Source: a virus. Taken from it: 64,000 nucleotides of DNA. The notes beneath the pieces were generated by a model that did not search any database, had not been told where the DNA came from, and saw only the letters and a list, made by a program, of their open reading frames with translations. Positions within the stretch are counted from its first letter, which is position 1; each line of letters opens with the position of its first letter. The translations under genes were made by a program, and so were the position numbers. The DNA is taken from the IMG/VR virus record IMGVR_UViG_3300025133_000026; one strand, given 5' to 3'. Positions 1-8,737 of the stretch are shown here, piece after piece.

Positions 1-339
1 CGATATTCCCTTCTAGGGAACATCCTGCACTCCTTACCCATGTGTACGCATGTGGGTAGGGAGATCAGGGTGAAATAGTTTCACTCTCCTTGCACAGAGG
101 TCCTGTGTCTGGTCTTAGACCAGGGAGACACCATGTCTACGGACATGGACATCCTGGCTGTATATGCCCTAGTAATAGGGTTTACGGCCTGGATCCTCTG
201 GCCTTGGATTTCCCCGTACCTGTCCCTTTTGGGGCCGGTACTGGGACTCCTTGGCTAGAGGACGTCCTAGTCTCTCCATCCATGCTTCTGGTGTGGGTGG
301 GGAGGATAGGGTGTAAGTAGTTTACATCTTCCGTGCATA

Positions 340-950
340 GCATAGCGAACAGTGTGCTGTGTATGGATTGCTGCCAGCTGGACGGCTGGTTGGCTTAAAT
401 CTGTTCAAATAACACAAGTAAAATTAGTTTTTAACAAGAACTAATCAAGCACGTGGCTACGCGGTTCAGCCGTTAGGACTCTAACCAAGTCCATGTAGAC
501 ATCCCGGTGTCTGGAAAAGCCTCTCCTCCTTCTTAGGATCGAGGAGGGGCTGTGCAGACTGCGGGGTGCAGTCGCGTAGGTCACAGTGCGTTTCTGTGGC
601 ACAGTCCCCTTTTGGAGAGACTGTTATGGATCCTGTCTGGGTTCTGTGGCTGCGTGCTTTGATTGGTTTTCTTGCTGAAACGCTCGATATCGTCGCTCTG
701 ACGATTAGTAGCACCAGTGAGTGCGGACTGTTTGACGACACCCCGTTCTCCCCCTTCACCTCCGTTGCCAGCGGAAGTGAGTCCCAGGCCATGAAGGCCA
801 ACCTGTATGCCAAGGATAAGGACAGAGTCCTGAGTCCGCAAGCCAGTGAGTGTGGGCACCTCACGATCCTCTTCAGCCATGCACTGAAGGGTCTCTACCA
901 TAACGGACTGACCATTGGTACGGTCGATTGCATGAGTCCACAACTCCAGA
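340..950 (+). ncRNA. candidate large structured RNA or leader
   Basis: Dense hairpins (AGCCTCTCCTC 519-529 / GAGGAGGGGCT 541-551; long-range TGCGGACT 722-729 / AGTCCGCA 833-840). The downstream gene's real start appears to be 962. Boundaries approximate. Confidence 0.4.
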
Positions 951-961
951 AAGGAGATACC

Positions 962-2773
962 ATGTCCCGCATCATCAACGACCTGACCGCCGCGTTCGCC
1001 CTCATCGACGAGGGGGCTAACCCGGCCCTCGTTTACAGGGCCAGCGATACGCGGGGGGTGCTCATGGCCCTCACGCGGGCGATGGAGGAGACGGTGGCCG
1101 AGACCGGCCACGTCAAGGTCTTCCACCCCAACACGGGGGTGATCGTGGTCGACACGATCGACACGGGGGAGGGCGAGGCCCTGACCGCCATCGGTCGGGT
1201 CTTGGCCTCCTACGAGGCCTTCGAGGGCCGGGACGGTAAGGTCCGTTTCCGCTCCAAGGAGACGGCCAAGTTCGCGTCCGTGCCCAAGTGGGCCAAGGCG
1301 CTTCTGATCGACACCATGTACCAGGAGCAGAACCTGGTGGAGGAGGCCATGAGCGCCATCGGTGGTATCGGTGTGCCCATGACGGGTGAGGCCGACGCCG
1401 ATGATGGCGAGGCCAACGCTGGTGGGCTGGTCAACCAGTCCATGCCCGAAGGTTACGGCATCTTCGGCCAGGGCGTGGCGTACGGTGCCATCCGTGAGCG
1501 GGAGATCGAGGCCTGGGGTCAGATCTCGCACCTGGCCGAAGACGGCAACCCCGTCTACGAGGTCGTCAAGACCGAAGACCCGCTCGAGGCCCGTATGGTC
1601 CACGAGGTCTACGGAGAGGGCAGCTGGAAGCAGGTGAGGGCCAACCGTTCGACCGACAGCCTGCAGGCGTGGGCCAAGAAGGTCGAGACCCGTAACTGGA
1701 TCTGGGCTGCGTACTACGGCTGGAAGAAGAAGCTGCAGGACGCGGACGGGCCCGAGGTCGAGGCCTACTACAGCCACACCCCCGAGGTCGAAGCCTACCA
1801 GGCCAAGATCTGGGAGCGGACCCTGGGCATGACGATCCAGGATCCGACCAAGGTGGCGGACGCTGCCGGTTGGTGGCAGAGCGTCCTGAGCCAGCTGGAG
1901 GAGACCAAGGTCATGCGCCGGATCATCACCAGCCTCAAGCACCAGGACACCGGAGAGGCGACCCCCGTCACCCTCCAGCAGCGGGTGAACAGCAGCCCGC
2001 TGCTGGGGGAGGCCAACGAGTCGTTCGAGTTCTACTCGACGACGCAGGCGGCCTACGAGCAGGGCCAGGACACCACCCTGACGTCCAAGGAGGTCTTCCT
2101 TCAGGCCCACATGGAAGAGTGGGGTGAGCTGGAGACGGTCTTCACCAAGGCCTACCAGGCCAAGGTCAAGGCCAGCATCCAGCGGGCCAAGGACGGCTCG
2201 AAGGGCCGGGACAAGGCCGGTCGGGGCTTCGACAACAGCTACACGGCCAAGACCGAGGTGGATGCCAAGAACATCCGCCTGGCCGTGGGTTGGGCCATCA
2301 GCCAGTTCCGGCTGGTGACGGAGTCCTCCAACCGTCGTACCCTCGGGCGGCTCGTCCAGGTCGCTGAGCGGGTCGGGGCGGCTCTGGTGTACGCCAGCAC
2401 CAACCGCTGGGACAGGGAGGCCGGCACCTGGATCATGGGCTCCTCCCGCATCCCGTCCTGGGGTGCCATGAAGGCCAGGAAGGCCATCATGACCTGGCTC
2501 TTCATCGAGCTGGGGGACAAGGTGCCCAACGGCACCCTCGAGTCCTGCGTGAAGGCGCTCTGCTCCTTCCGGGACAAGAGGTCGGGTAACCTCCGCCCCG
2601 GCTTCTACTTCTGCGAGGACAGGAGCAGGACCAACGACATCGGTAAGATCAAGGCCGATGTCAGGAGGAGCTGGAAGGACCGGCTCGTGACGAACGAGGA
2701 GACCAAGAGGGTCTCCAAGAGGACGGGGAGCAAGACGCTCCTCCAGAGCCTGGGGTACTTCCCCCGGGACTAG
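962..2773 (+). CDS. 603-aa hypothetical protein (GC-rich early region)
   Basis: AGGAG RBS just before ATG962; strong GC3 bias begins there; in frame with track ORF 566..2773. No family recognised. Confidence 0.85.
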   Translation: MSRIINDLTAAFALIDEGANPALVYRASDTRGVLMALTRAMEETVAETGHVKVFHPNTGVIVVDTIDTGEGEALTAIGRVLASYEAFEGRDGKVRFRSKETAKFASVPKWAKALLIDTMYQEQNLVEEAMSAIGGIGVPMTGEADADDGEANAGGLVNQSMPEGYGIFGQGVAYGAIREREIEAWGQISHLAEDGNPVYEVVKTEDPLEARMVHEVYGEGSWKQVRANRSTDSLQAWAKKVETRNWIWAAYYGWKKKLQDADGPEVEAYYSHTPEVEAYQAKIWERTLGMTIQDPTKVADAAGWWQSVLSQLEETKVMRRIITSLKHQDTGEATPVTLQQRVNSSPLLGEANESFEFYSTTQAAYEQGQDTTLTSKEVFLQAHMEEWGELETVFTKAYQAKVKASIQRAKDGSKGRDKAGRGFDNSYTAKTEVDAKNIRLAVGWAISQFRLVTESSNRRTLGRLVQVAERVGAALVYASTNRWDREAGTWIMGSSRIPSWGAMKARKAIMTWLFIELGDKVPNGTLESCVKALCSFRDKRSGNLRPGFYFCEDRSRTNDIGKIKADVRRSWKDRLVTNEETKRVSKRTGSKTLLQSLGYFPRD

Positions 2774-3254
2774 CCTGGTCCACGTCCTAGGCATGACGTA
2801 AAACTGCCTACCTTCTCCTTTCTCCTGGGTATCCAATAGGGTATCCAGGGGTTGGGTGAGGGTTAGCATGGTGCTAACTCAATAACCTCTAACTATAGGA
2901 GGTGAGAACCTATCTTTTAACCCAAGACCCTGATTTGTTAATCAGAGCGCAGCTAATGCTATGTCCCAGCGTTTATATCAACGTAGAGGCTGGGCGAAAA
3001 GGTCTACTAAACTAGGTTGAGTTGGAGTTGGAAGGGAGGAGAGGCGCGCGTCAGTGCTAACCCTATACATAGGAGAGAAAGAGAAAGGGCGAAGCCTCAC
3101 AGATAAGAGAAAGGTAGAGTGCTAAGAGAAAAGGTATACCAAAGAGGCGCAGAGGGAGGAAGAGAGGGCGCGAGGCTGAAGAGGCCTGGCGAAAAGCTCT
3201 TCCAAACTTGTGAGGGTCTCGGATGGACTGGGACTCGTTTCTTCGGGAGAAGAA

Positions 3255-3461
3255 GTGAAGGAATACAAGGCGGGCGACCGCTTGTCTCACATGGGGGTGG
3301 TGTGCCCCCCGTTGGGATTCGTGGTCAGCGCTGAGCCGCTCAGCATCTGTGTCCTGGTCTGGGACCAGGATGGAGACGACTCCATGGAGACCTGGGCGTA
3401 CGCGCCCGAGGCTGGGGAGCCGGACTGGCTTCTCGTCAGCGTGGAGCCAGTGGAACTCTGA
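3255..3461 (+). CDS. hypothetical protein
   Basis: GTG start after GGGAG; GC3 bias; follows motif copy 2. Confidence 0.65.
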   Translation: MKEYKAGDRLSHMGVVCPPLGFVVSAEPLSICVLVWDQDGDDSMETWAYAPEAGEPDWLLVSVEPVEL

Positions 3462-3512
3462 GGCAACTCGGGTTCCACGGAGGTAGGCCGAAAGGTCTAC
3501 CTAAACTTGTGA

Positions 3513-4212
3513 GAGGGATGGCTAAAAGGTAGGTGGTTCGATTCCACACTCACTCCCATGGGGTGGTTGGTACTCCTGGATGGTCAGTATGAAGCTGCTT
3601 TGGCGAGCAGTGGATGCAAAGAAGAAAGCACCTACGCCAGGGTGTAAGTAATCGGAACCCTCGACTTCCGTCAAACTGAAAGCATATGTCAGGCGGTTAG
3701 GGCACCTTAGGGTGGTTCCCATTGATGTAAAGGCTTCGGGGATTCCCAGCGGGATGACCGTGTTGCTGTAGTGGGTTGAGGAACTATCGCCCACACCCTT
3801 TAAATCTCTATCGTAGAGATAACTGGACTTGGCCAGTATAAAGAGACTATTAAGCCAAGAGCGTCTACGAGAGTAGGGTAGTGAATGGTGTTTAAGCCCG
3901 CGAAGGGAGGGAGTTACTGCTCCCGCGACTTACCCTGGGTTCATCGTGCAAGGCCATACTGGTGCTGTACACCCAGCATCGTCCTCCTTGTCGGGAGGTG
4001 GTTTGATCTTTCGAGATCGAATAGTAACCAGGAGCCGCTTGTGCCCTGGGAGACGAGCCGAGCCCCTGCGGTTCCCGCAATCAGTCTACTGAGACTTGTC
4101 ATCTCTTCAGTAAGTAGGGTGGTTGTGAATGAAGACACTGGTTAGGGTAAATGGAACTACCCGCAGGAGATTAGACACCTCCGAGACACCAGCGTTCTCT
4201 TATAGCACGAGA
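3513..4212 (+). ncRNA. candidate ~700-nt structured ncRNA
   Basis: No credible ORF; more than ten hairpins; bracketed by motif copies at 3481 and 4213. Confidence 0.55.
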
Positions 4213-4256
4213 GGGTAGGCCCGAAAAGTCTACCCATACTCATGAAGGGAGGAAAC

Positions 4257-4370
4257 ATGGAAAAGAAGCGAATTCTGAAGACCGTGGCCGAGGGGATTCT
4301 CCTCGTCGGTTGGGGATGGATCATGTGGATGGCGTTCATCCATTCCGTCTTGTTCCTGGGCGCTCAGTAA
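4257..4370 (+). CDS. 37-aa membrane peptide
   Basis: GGAGG RBS; MEKKRILKTVAEGILLVGWGWIMWMAFIHSVLFLGAQ; below track length cutoff. Confidence 0.65.
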   Translation: MEKKRILKTVAEGILLVGWGWIMWMAFIHSVLFLGAQ

Positions 4371-4541
4371 GGGCGTCCGGGGGAGGGTAGGCCAAAAGGT
4401 CTACCTAAACTTGTGAGAGTTCGAGACCGCCACATGGGTTCGTGGACGCCATAGGTCACATGCGACCTTGCGATAAAGTATAGGCGAAAATCTATACAAA
4501 GAGTTTCACTCTCTCATCTTCGATTCAATCAGGAGAATAGC

Positions 4542-4922
4542 ATGTACACACCCACGTTCCCGACCAGCATGAAGCAGCTGGGGCTTCGCGATGGCATCAC
4601 CAAGTGCCAGGAACAGATCAAGGAAGCCGAGGCCTTCCTCAGCAGCCTCAAGCGGGACAGCCAGGGCAAGTGGCGGAAGAATGGCAAGTTCGTGGCCAAG
4701 GCCAAGATCGACGCCATGGTCGACCAGCGCCACGGCGCCGAGGAGGGGCTCAAGTCCCTCAAGCTCCAGCTCCAGAAGCTCACGGGTCGTGTCTGGCGCG
4801 ACAAGCAGGTCCGTGGCCCCAAGAAGAAGAGCCACAGTCGGCGCGATCGGGAGCACACCACTCCCGAGCTGAAGGGGCGCATCCACGTTCCCGACAGTGT
4901 GCAGAAGATGCTGGCACAGTAG
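4542..4922 (+). CDS. basic hypothetical protein
   Basis: AGGAG RBS; GC3 bias. Confidence 0.8.
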   Translation: MYTPTFPTSMKQLGLRDGITKCQEQIKEAEAFLSSLKRDSQGKWRKNGKFVAKAKIDAMVDQRHGAEEGLKSLKLQLQKLTGRVWRDKQVRGPKKKSHSRRDREHTTPELKGRIHVPDSVQKMLAQ

Positions 4923-4969
4923 AGAGAAACAAGTAGTGGTAGGCCGAAAGGTCTACTATTACTTATGAG

Positions 4970-5350
4970 AGTCACCAAGCAGGACATCACCTCTGACTAC
5001 CAGCTGCGTCAAACAGGCCTTAAGACAAAGCACAGTGGGCGTATAGTACCTCTCGCTGAACTCTCAACCGGTAACCAAGCGGTTGCCGATCTTTGAGACT
5101 AACACCATGGCGACCACTGAAGATGGAATAGGTGGTTGAGCTTTAGGGTATCGTACGCATCCCTCATGGTCCTATTTTAGAAGCCCCCAAGTATGAAGCA
5201 ATGGTATATGTCAGGGGGGTAGATGCGCCGCATAGGTGACATCTATAAACGCTTCCAGAGAGACCGGAAAATCTCTGGTAAAACTGACATAAAGGACTAT
5301 GGCTTATCCAGCCATCTCAGGTCCATGGTGGGGTAAGAGTATTCCCCACA
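4970..5350 (+). ncRNA. candidate multibranched ncRNA upstream of tRNA-Arg
   Basis: Nested helices CACCATGG 5103-5110 / CCATGGTG 5323-5330, GTCCT 5169-5173 / AGGAC 5293-5297, TATGTCAG 5207-5214 / CTGACATA 5284-5291. Confidence 0.5.
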
Positions 5351-5355
5351 CCCAC

Positions 5356-5432
5356 GCACCCATAGCTCAGATGGATAGAGCATCGCTCTTCTAAAGCGAG
5401 GGTCTCAGGTTCGAGTCCTGATGGGTGTGCCA
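5356..5432 (+). tRNA. tRNA-Arg(TCT)
   Basis: Full cloverleaf; anticodon loop CTTCTAA; GGTTCGAGTCC T-arm; encoded CCA. Confidence 0.95.
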
Positions 5433-5632
5433 TGACTGTCTTCCCAACGTGTACACATAGATGGGTACGGAAAACGAGCGTAGTGGGGCGGCACCACAGA
5501 GACAGTAAATGATAGCGTCGTAGCTACTAACGCCCAAGTGCATTGCGCGTCTACGACAGGTGTTGATTTACCACCTAATGCACAGTAAATCGGATAGCCA
5601 GCACAATACCTGTCGTGGGTGTGTATGGCACA
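5433..5632 (+). ncRNA. candidate pseudoknotted RNA
   Basis: GTGCATT 5538-5544 / AATGCAC 5577-5583 crosses CTACGACAGGT 5551-5561 / ACCTGTCGTGG 5608-5618. Confidence 0.4.
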
Positions 5633-5635
5633 GAC

Positions 5636-5699
5636 GTTAGAGTAGTTTAATTGGTAAAACGCCCAGCCGGCAATGCAGGTTCGAATCCTGTCTCATACG
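5636..5699 (+). pseudogene. tRNA-like element with truncated anticodon arm
   Basis: Canonical D-arm (GTTTAATTGGTAAAAC) and T-arm (GCAGGTTCGAATCCTGT); only ~11 nt of anticodon arm; two acceptor-stem mismatches; no CCA. Confidence 0.6.
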
Positions 5700-5894
5700 T
5701 TGAAGTGATCGACAAAAGAGGAAAACGCGTAAGTACTCCACAAAGCGATCCCATAGCCATCTCAGGCGAAAAGGCTTGAATCCTGGGAACCATGTGCAGA
5801 GTCTTTCCCGACCCATAGTAGCCAATCTTCTCCCATAGGGCTCACAGGGTGACAGGTGAAAGGCTCTGTTACATGTATGAACAAAGGAATAAAC

Positions 5895-6071
5895 ATGAAG
5901 ATCATCACCATTGTCGCAGAGCACCTCGACTACCGCAGCGCCTGCGAAAACGGGCTTGTCGAACACTTCTTGACAAAGGGCTACAGGGTCCACTCCATCG
6001 TCCCTAAGATCAGCAGTGACGGCAGTAAGCCCATCACCACTGCCTTCATCGTCTTCATGGTCAAGAAGTAG
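5895..6071 (+). CDS. hypothetical protein
   Basis: AAGGA RBS before ATG5895. Confidence 0.65.
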   Translation: MKIITIVAEHLDYRSACENGLVEHFLTKGYRVHSIVPKISSDGSKPITTAFIVFMVKK

Positions 6072-6157
6072 GTTTCTACAACAAACAAGGAGAACAGCAT
6101 GACCAGCATCAAGCCCTACTGGACCATCGTCTGCTGCATCAAGCCCGGAGGTGGAGA

Positions 6158-6367
6158 GTGACCTCCGTCAAGCTCGATCTGAAACTCATCCAAGACAGCT
6201 ACAAGAATGCTTCTATCGAGGAGCAGAAGAAGTTGGTCGGCTGGATGGCCCTGGCAAAGCAGGCGGCAGAGAAGACTCTGCGTATCGTCAAACCATGGCC
6301 TGGGCGATTCTTCAAGCATCGCAAGGAACAGTACTGGAAGGCCTACGAGGTGATCTGTGAAGAGTGA
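6158..6367 (+). CDS. hypothetical protein
   Basis: GTG start with GGAG RBS; operonic overlap. Confidence 0.65.
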   Translation: MTSVKLDLKLIQDSYKNASIEEQKKLVGWMALAKQAAEKTLRIVKPWPGRFFKHRKEQYWKAYEVICEE

Positions 6368-6590
6368 GAACCTCCTACTGGCTGTGGTAGGAATCGCAAT
6401 TGTAGCTCTGTTCCCCACCATCCTGAAGGCAATTGCATTCGGGTTGTTCATGGGGCCAGTGTACTATATCGCGGGTAAGGTAGCAGCAGCAATGAGCGCC
6501 AAGGAGAAGCAAGTCGTTACGGGCGCTAAGCGTGTCTACGTCCAACAGACAGGCACGACAACGGAATATAGCGGGAGAGTCAAGGCATAG
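6357..6590 (+). CDS. small membrane protein, paralog of 24467..24718
   Basis: Shared LKAIxxGLFxGPVxYxA segment. Confidence 0.7.
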   Translation: MKSENLLLAVVGIAIVALFPTILKAIAFGLFMGPVYYIAGKVAAAMSAKEKQVVTGAKRVYVQQTGTTTEYSGRVKA

Positions 6591-6648
6591 AGTCACTGAG
6601 TAGGCCGAAAGGTCTACTCATACTCATGAACTTTTTTAGGGAGAACGT

Positions 6649-6903
6649 ATGAATTCCTTCTTCGAACTAATTTCGCTCGTGCTCGTCGGCGTCCTTGTCC
6701 TGTTCGGCGTCTCGGCAGGCGCTCACTACCTACAAGGACACTGGGGTGATCACATCATCCCCCATGAGTCTGGTGCTGCAGTGTACATCGCAGGAGACTC
6801 CTGTACGGTGAACATGAAGCAGGAAGAGAACCTGGAGGAGATTCAGGAAAGGCTCAATTGGTGTATGAGCAAGCACTTCGTGTGGAAGGAGTGGGTGGAG
6901 TGA
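6649..6903 (+). CDS. membrane-anchored hypothetical protein
   Basis: GGAG RBS; N-terminal hydrophobic helix. Confidence 0.7.
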   Translation: MNSFFELISLVLVGVLVLFGVSAGAHYLQGHWGDHIIPHESGAAVYIAGDSCTVNMKQEENLEEIQERLNWCMSKHFVWKEWVE

Positions 6904-6962
6904 AAGACATCATCATCCTCATCGGCATCGTCGGAGCAATCTACTTCTTCTTTGTCGGTTAG
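6900..6962 (+). CDS. 20-aa hydrophobic peptide
   Basis: GTGA overlap with upstream stop; MKDIIILIGIVGAIYFFFVG. Confidence 0.4.
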   Translation: MKDIIILIGIVGAIYFFFVG

Positions 6963-7007
6963 GCGAAAAGGTCTAATCAAACATTCAAACAACAACAAGG
7001 AGAGCAT

Positions 7008-7304
7008 ATGGCGCTCGTCAGTTCAACCTACCCCGACCTGGTGGTAGCAGCAGAAAACCAGGGCTTGGCTCTGGACCAAGTCTTCGCAGATGTCAGTACC
7101 GACCCTGGCACCGGTGAAATCACGGCAGTCGACCCTCTCGTCACCCTCACGGATGACGGCGAGATTCCGATGACCGACGATGGCACTGTCATCACCAACA
7201 GCTACATGGAGGCTCTCGCAGAAGGAGCCCCCGAGGGTGAGATCATCGAAGGCATGAGCGGGGCCAGCGATGGTGGCATGCTCAGCTTCCTCCCCTTCTT
7301 CTAG
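7008..7304 (+). CDS. highly acidic 98-aa protein
   Basis: AAGGAG RBS; 18 D/E and no K, R or H. Confidence 0.8.
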   Translation: MALVSSTYPDLVVAAENQGLALDQVFADVSTDPGTGEITAVDPLVTLTDDGEIPMTDDGTVITNSYMEALAEGAPEGEIIEGMSGASDGGMLSFLPFF

Positions 7305-7349
7305 AAAAGCTCTGAACAAATACTCGTACTAAACAACAAGGAGTACAAC

Positions 7350-7739
7350 ATGAATAAGGTCATTCTCATGGGTCGCCTCGGTGCAGACCCGGAGCTGCGT
7401 TCTACCAGTGGTGGAACCGCAGTCTGTAATCTTCGAATCGCTACCAACGAACCCCGCAAGAACCAGGATGGCACCTGGGGGCAGCACACCGAGTGGCACA
7501 GCGTCACCGTCTGGGGCAATCGGGCCAAGGCCTGCGCTGACAACCTGAGGTCGGGCCGTCAGGTCCTGGTCGAGGGCTCCATCCGTACCCAGAAGTGGCA
7601 GGACAGCGAGGGTCGAGACCGGTACACCACCAAGGTCAACGCCAGCAACGTTCAGTTCCTGGGCAGCAAGAGCGGAGGGTCCAGCTCTTCGGCAGCACCT
7701 GCGGCCGAGGACATCCCCTCCGACGAGATTCCCTTTTAG
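7350..7739 (+). CDS. ssb: single-stranded DNA-binding protein
   Basis: MNKVILMGRLGADPELR, HTEWHSVTVWG, acidic C-terminal DEIPF tail. Confidence 0.97.
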   Translation: MNKVILMGRLGADPELRSTSGGTAVCNLRIATNEPRKNQDGTWGQHTEWHSVTVWGNRAKACADNLRSGRQVLVEGSIRTQKWQDSEGRDRYTTKVNASNVQFLGSKSGGSSSSAAPAAEDIPSDEIPF

Positions 7740-7785
7740 AGGGTGAGTGAGGGTAGGCCCAAGGGTCTACCTTTACTTGTGCCAC

Positions 7786-7859
7786 AGGGGTGTCGTCAAG
7801 TGGCCTAAGACGCTGGTTTTTGGTGCCAGTATACGTAGGTTCGAATCCTACCACCCCCA
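7786..7859 (+). tRNA. tRNA-Gln(TTG)
   Basis: Cloverleaf; loop TTTTGGT; 3' end reads ACC-T (CCA incomplete). Confidence 0.9.
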
Positions 7860-7892
7860 CCTATCAACCCCTTCAACCTATAGGGACAAGCC

Positions 7893-8165
7893 ATGCACAT
7901 TCGTCTTTTCAAGGGTGACCTTGTCATCTGGGTTGGTTTCGAGGCAGCAGAAACTGTCCTGAATGATTCCATGTGGGCAGACTACACCATCTGTATGTCT
8001 GGTGGAGAATACCAGTACTACGGTATTGGCAAGAGCGAGGAGGAGGCGCTCGCTAACTTCCTCTTCGAAAACCTCAAGGACACCCCTATCTGTAACCCAA
8101 AGATGGGTGGATGGGCATCACACGGCGAACCCTACGACGAGGACTACGAATTCTCTATCAGATAG
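7893..8165 (+). CDS. hypothetical protein
   Basis: ORF with GGA RBS between two tRNAs. Confidence 0.7.
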   Translation: MHIRLFKGDLVIWVGFEAAETVLNDSMWADYTICMSGGEYQYYGIGKSEEEALANFLFENLKDTPICNPKMGGWASHGEPYDEDYEFSIR

Positions 8166-8206
8166 GTCCTAGAAGTAGAGAAGACGAAGATTCACATTAA
8201 CCTTAT

Positions 8207-8278
8207 GGGTCTGTAGCTCAGCGGTAGAGCAAGAGTCTTTTAAACTCAAGGTCGAGAGTTCGATCCTCTCCAGTCCCA
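8207..8278 (+). tRNA. tRNA-Lys(TTT)
   Basis: Cloverleaf; loop CTTTTAA; 3' end reads ACC-T (CCA incomplete). Confidence 0.9.
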
Positions 8279-8296
8279 CCTTTTACAGGAGAAAGC

Positions 8297-8737
8297 ATGA
8301 ACAAGTGCTACTGCGGCGAAGGGCGCTGCACTACTGTATACGACACTGCAGTCGTAGACGCTATCAACAGTGCGGCCAAGCTTCTCACCGCTCTGGGCAC
8401 CCTCCGAGACATGATGACGGAGGAAGAACCCTACACCAAGAAGATGCTCACCAAACATCGGGTCGAGCTGCGTGTACTTCTCAACAACCTCAAGAACCTA
8501 TAGGGATAATATATGAAGACCATTACCAGAGAAGAGATTGACATGAGGCTGCCCAGTGGAGCGGCTCGTGATGTAGGGAAGATTCGTGGAAGTGCAGGAG
8601 GCTGGCGCGCCGAGTCGCGGTACACGGCCAACTCCAAGGACCTGGGTATTGACAAGGACCACATCTGTGCAGAGACCGGGGCCTTCGTGATGGGCCTCAA
8701 GAAGAAGTACAGGGTTGGTGGAGCCATCCGACACTAG
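8297..8737 (+). CDS. two hypothetical ORFs (8297..8503, 8513..8737)
   Basis: RBSs and GC3 bias; last GC-rich genes of the early block. Confidence 0.7.

Larger units (their letters stand above)
2983..7781 (+). promoter_or_regulatory. ten dispersed copies of a hairpin + fixed-spacing motif (TAGGCC-GAAA-GGTCTA-NN-YAWACT-YRTGA)
   Basis: Copies start at about 2983, 3178, 3481, 4213, 4386, 4478, 4932, 6598, 6957 and 7752. Stems covary; most sit between genes. Confidence 0.85.

Noticed and set aside
566-961. N-terminal extension of the 735-aa track ORF
   Set aside because: RBS and codon bias start at 962; the upstream part looks like structured RNA.
581-2869. 762-aa minus-strand ORF
   Set aside because: Antisense shadow of the GC3-biased + strand gene; no RBS or recognisable motifs.
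4034-4078. GAGCCGC...GCGGTTC resembling group II intron domain V
   Set aside because: Interior too long, competing pairing, and no domain VI or GUGYG 5' end found.
2983-7781. Hairpin repeats read as a CRISPR array, N4-type template hairpins or sigma-54 promoters
   Set aside because: Spacing is irregular with genes between copies. The stable loop and G-T pairs are on the non-template strand, unlike N4. The GG-N10-GC sigma-54 pattern is absent.
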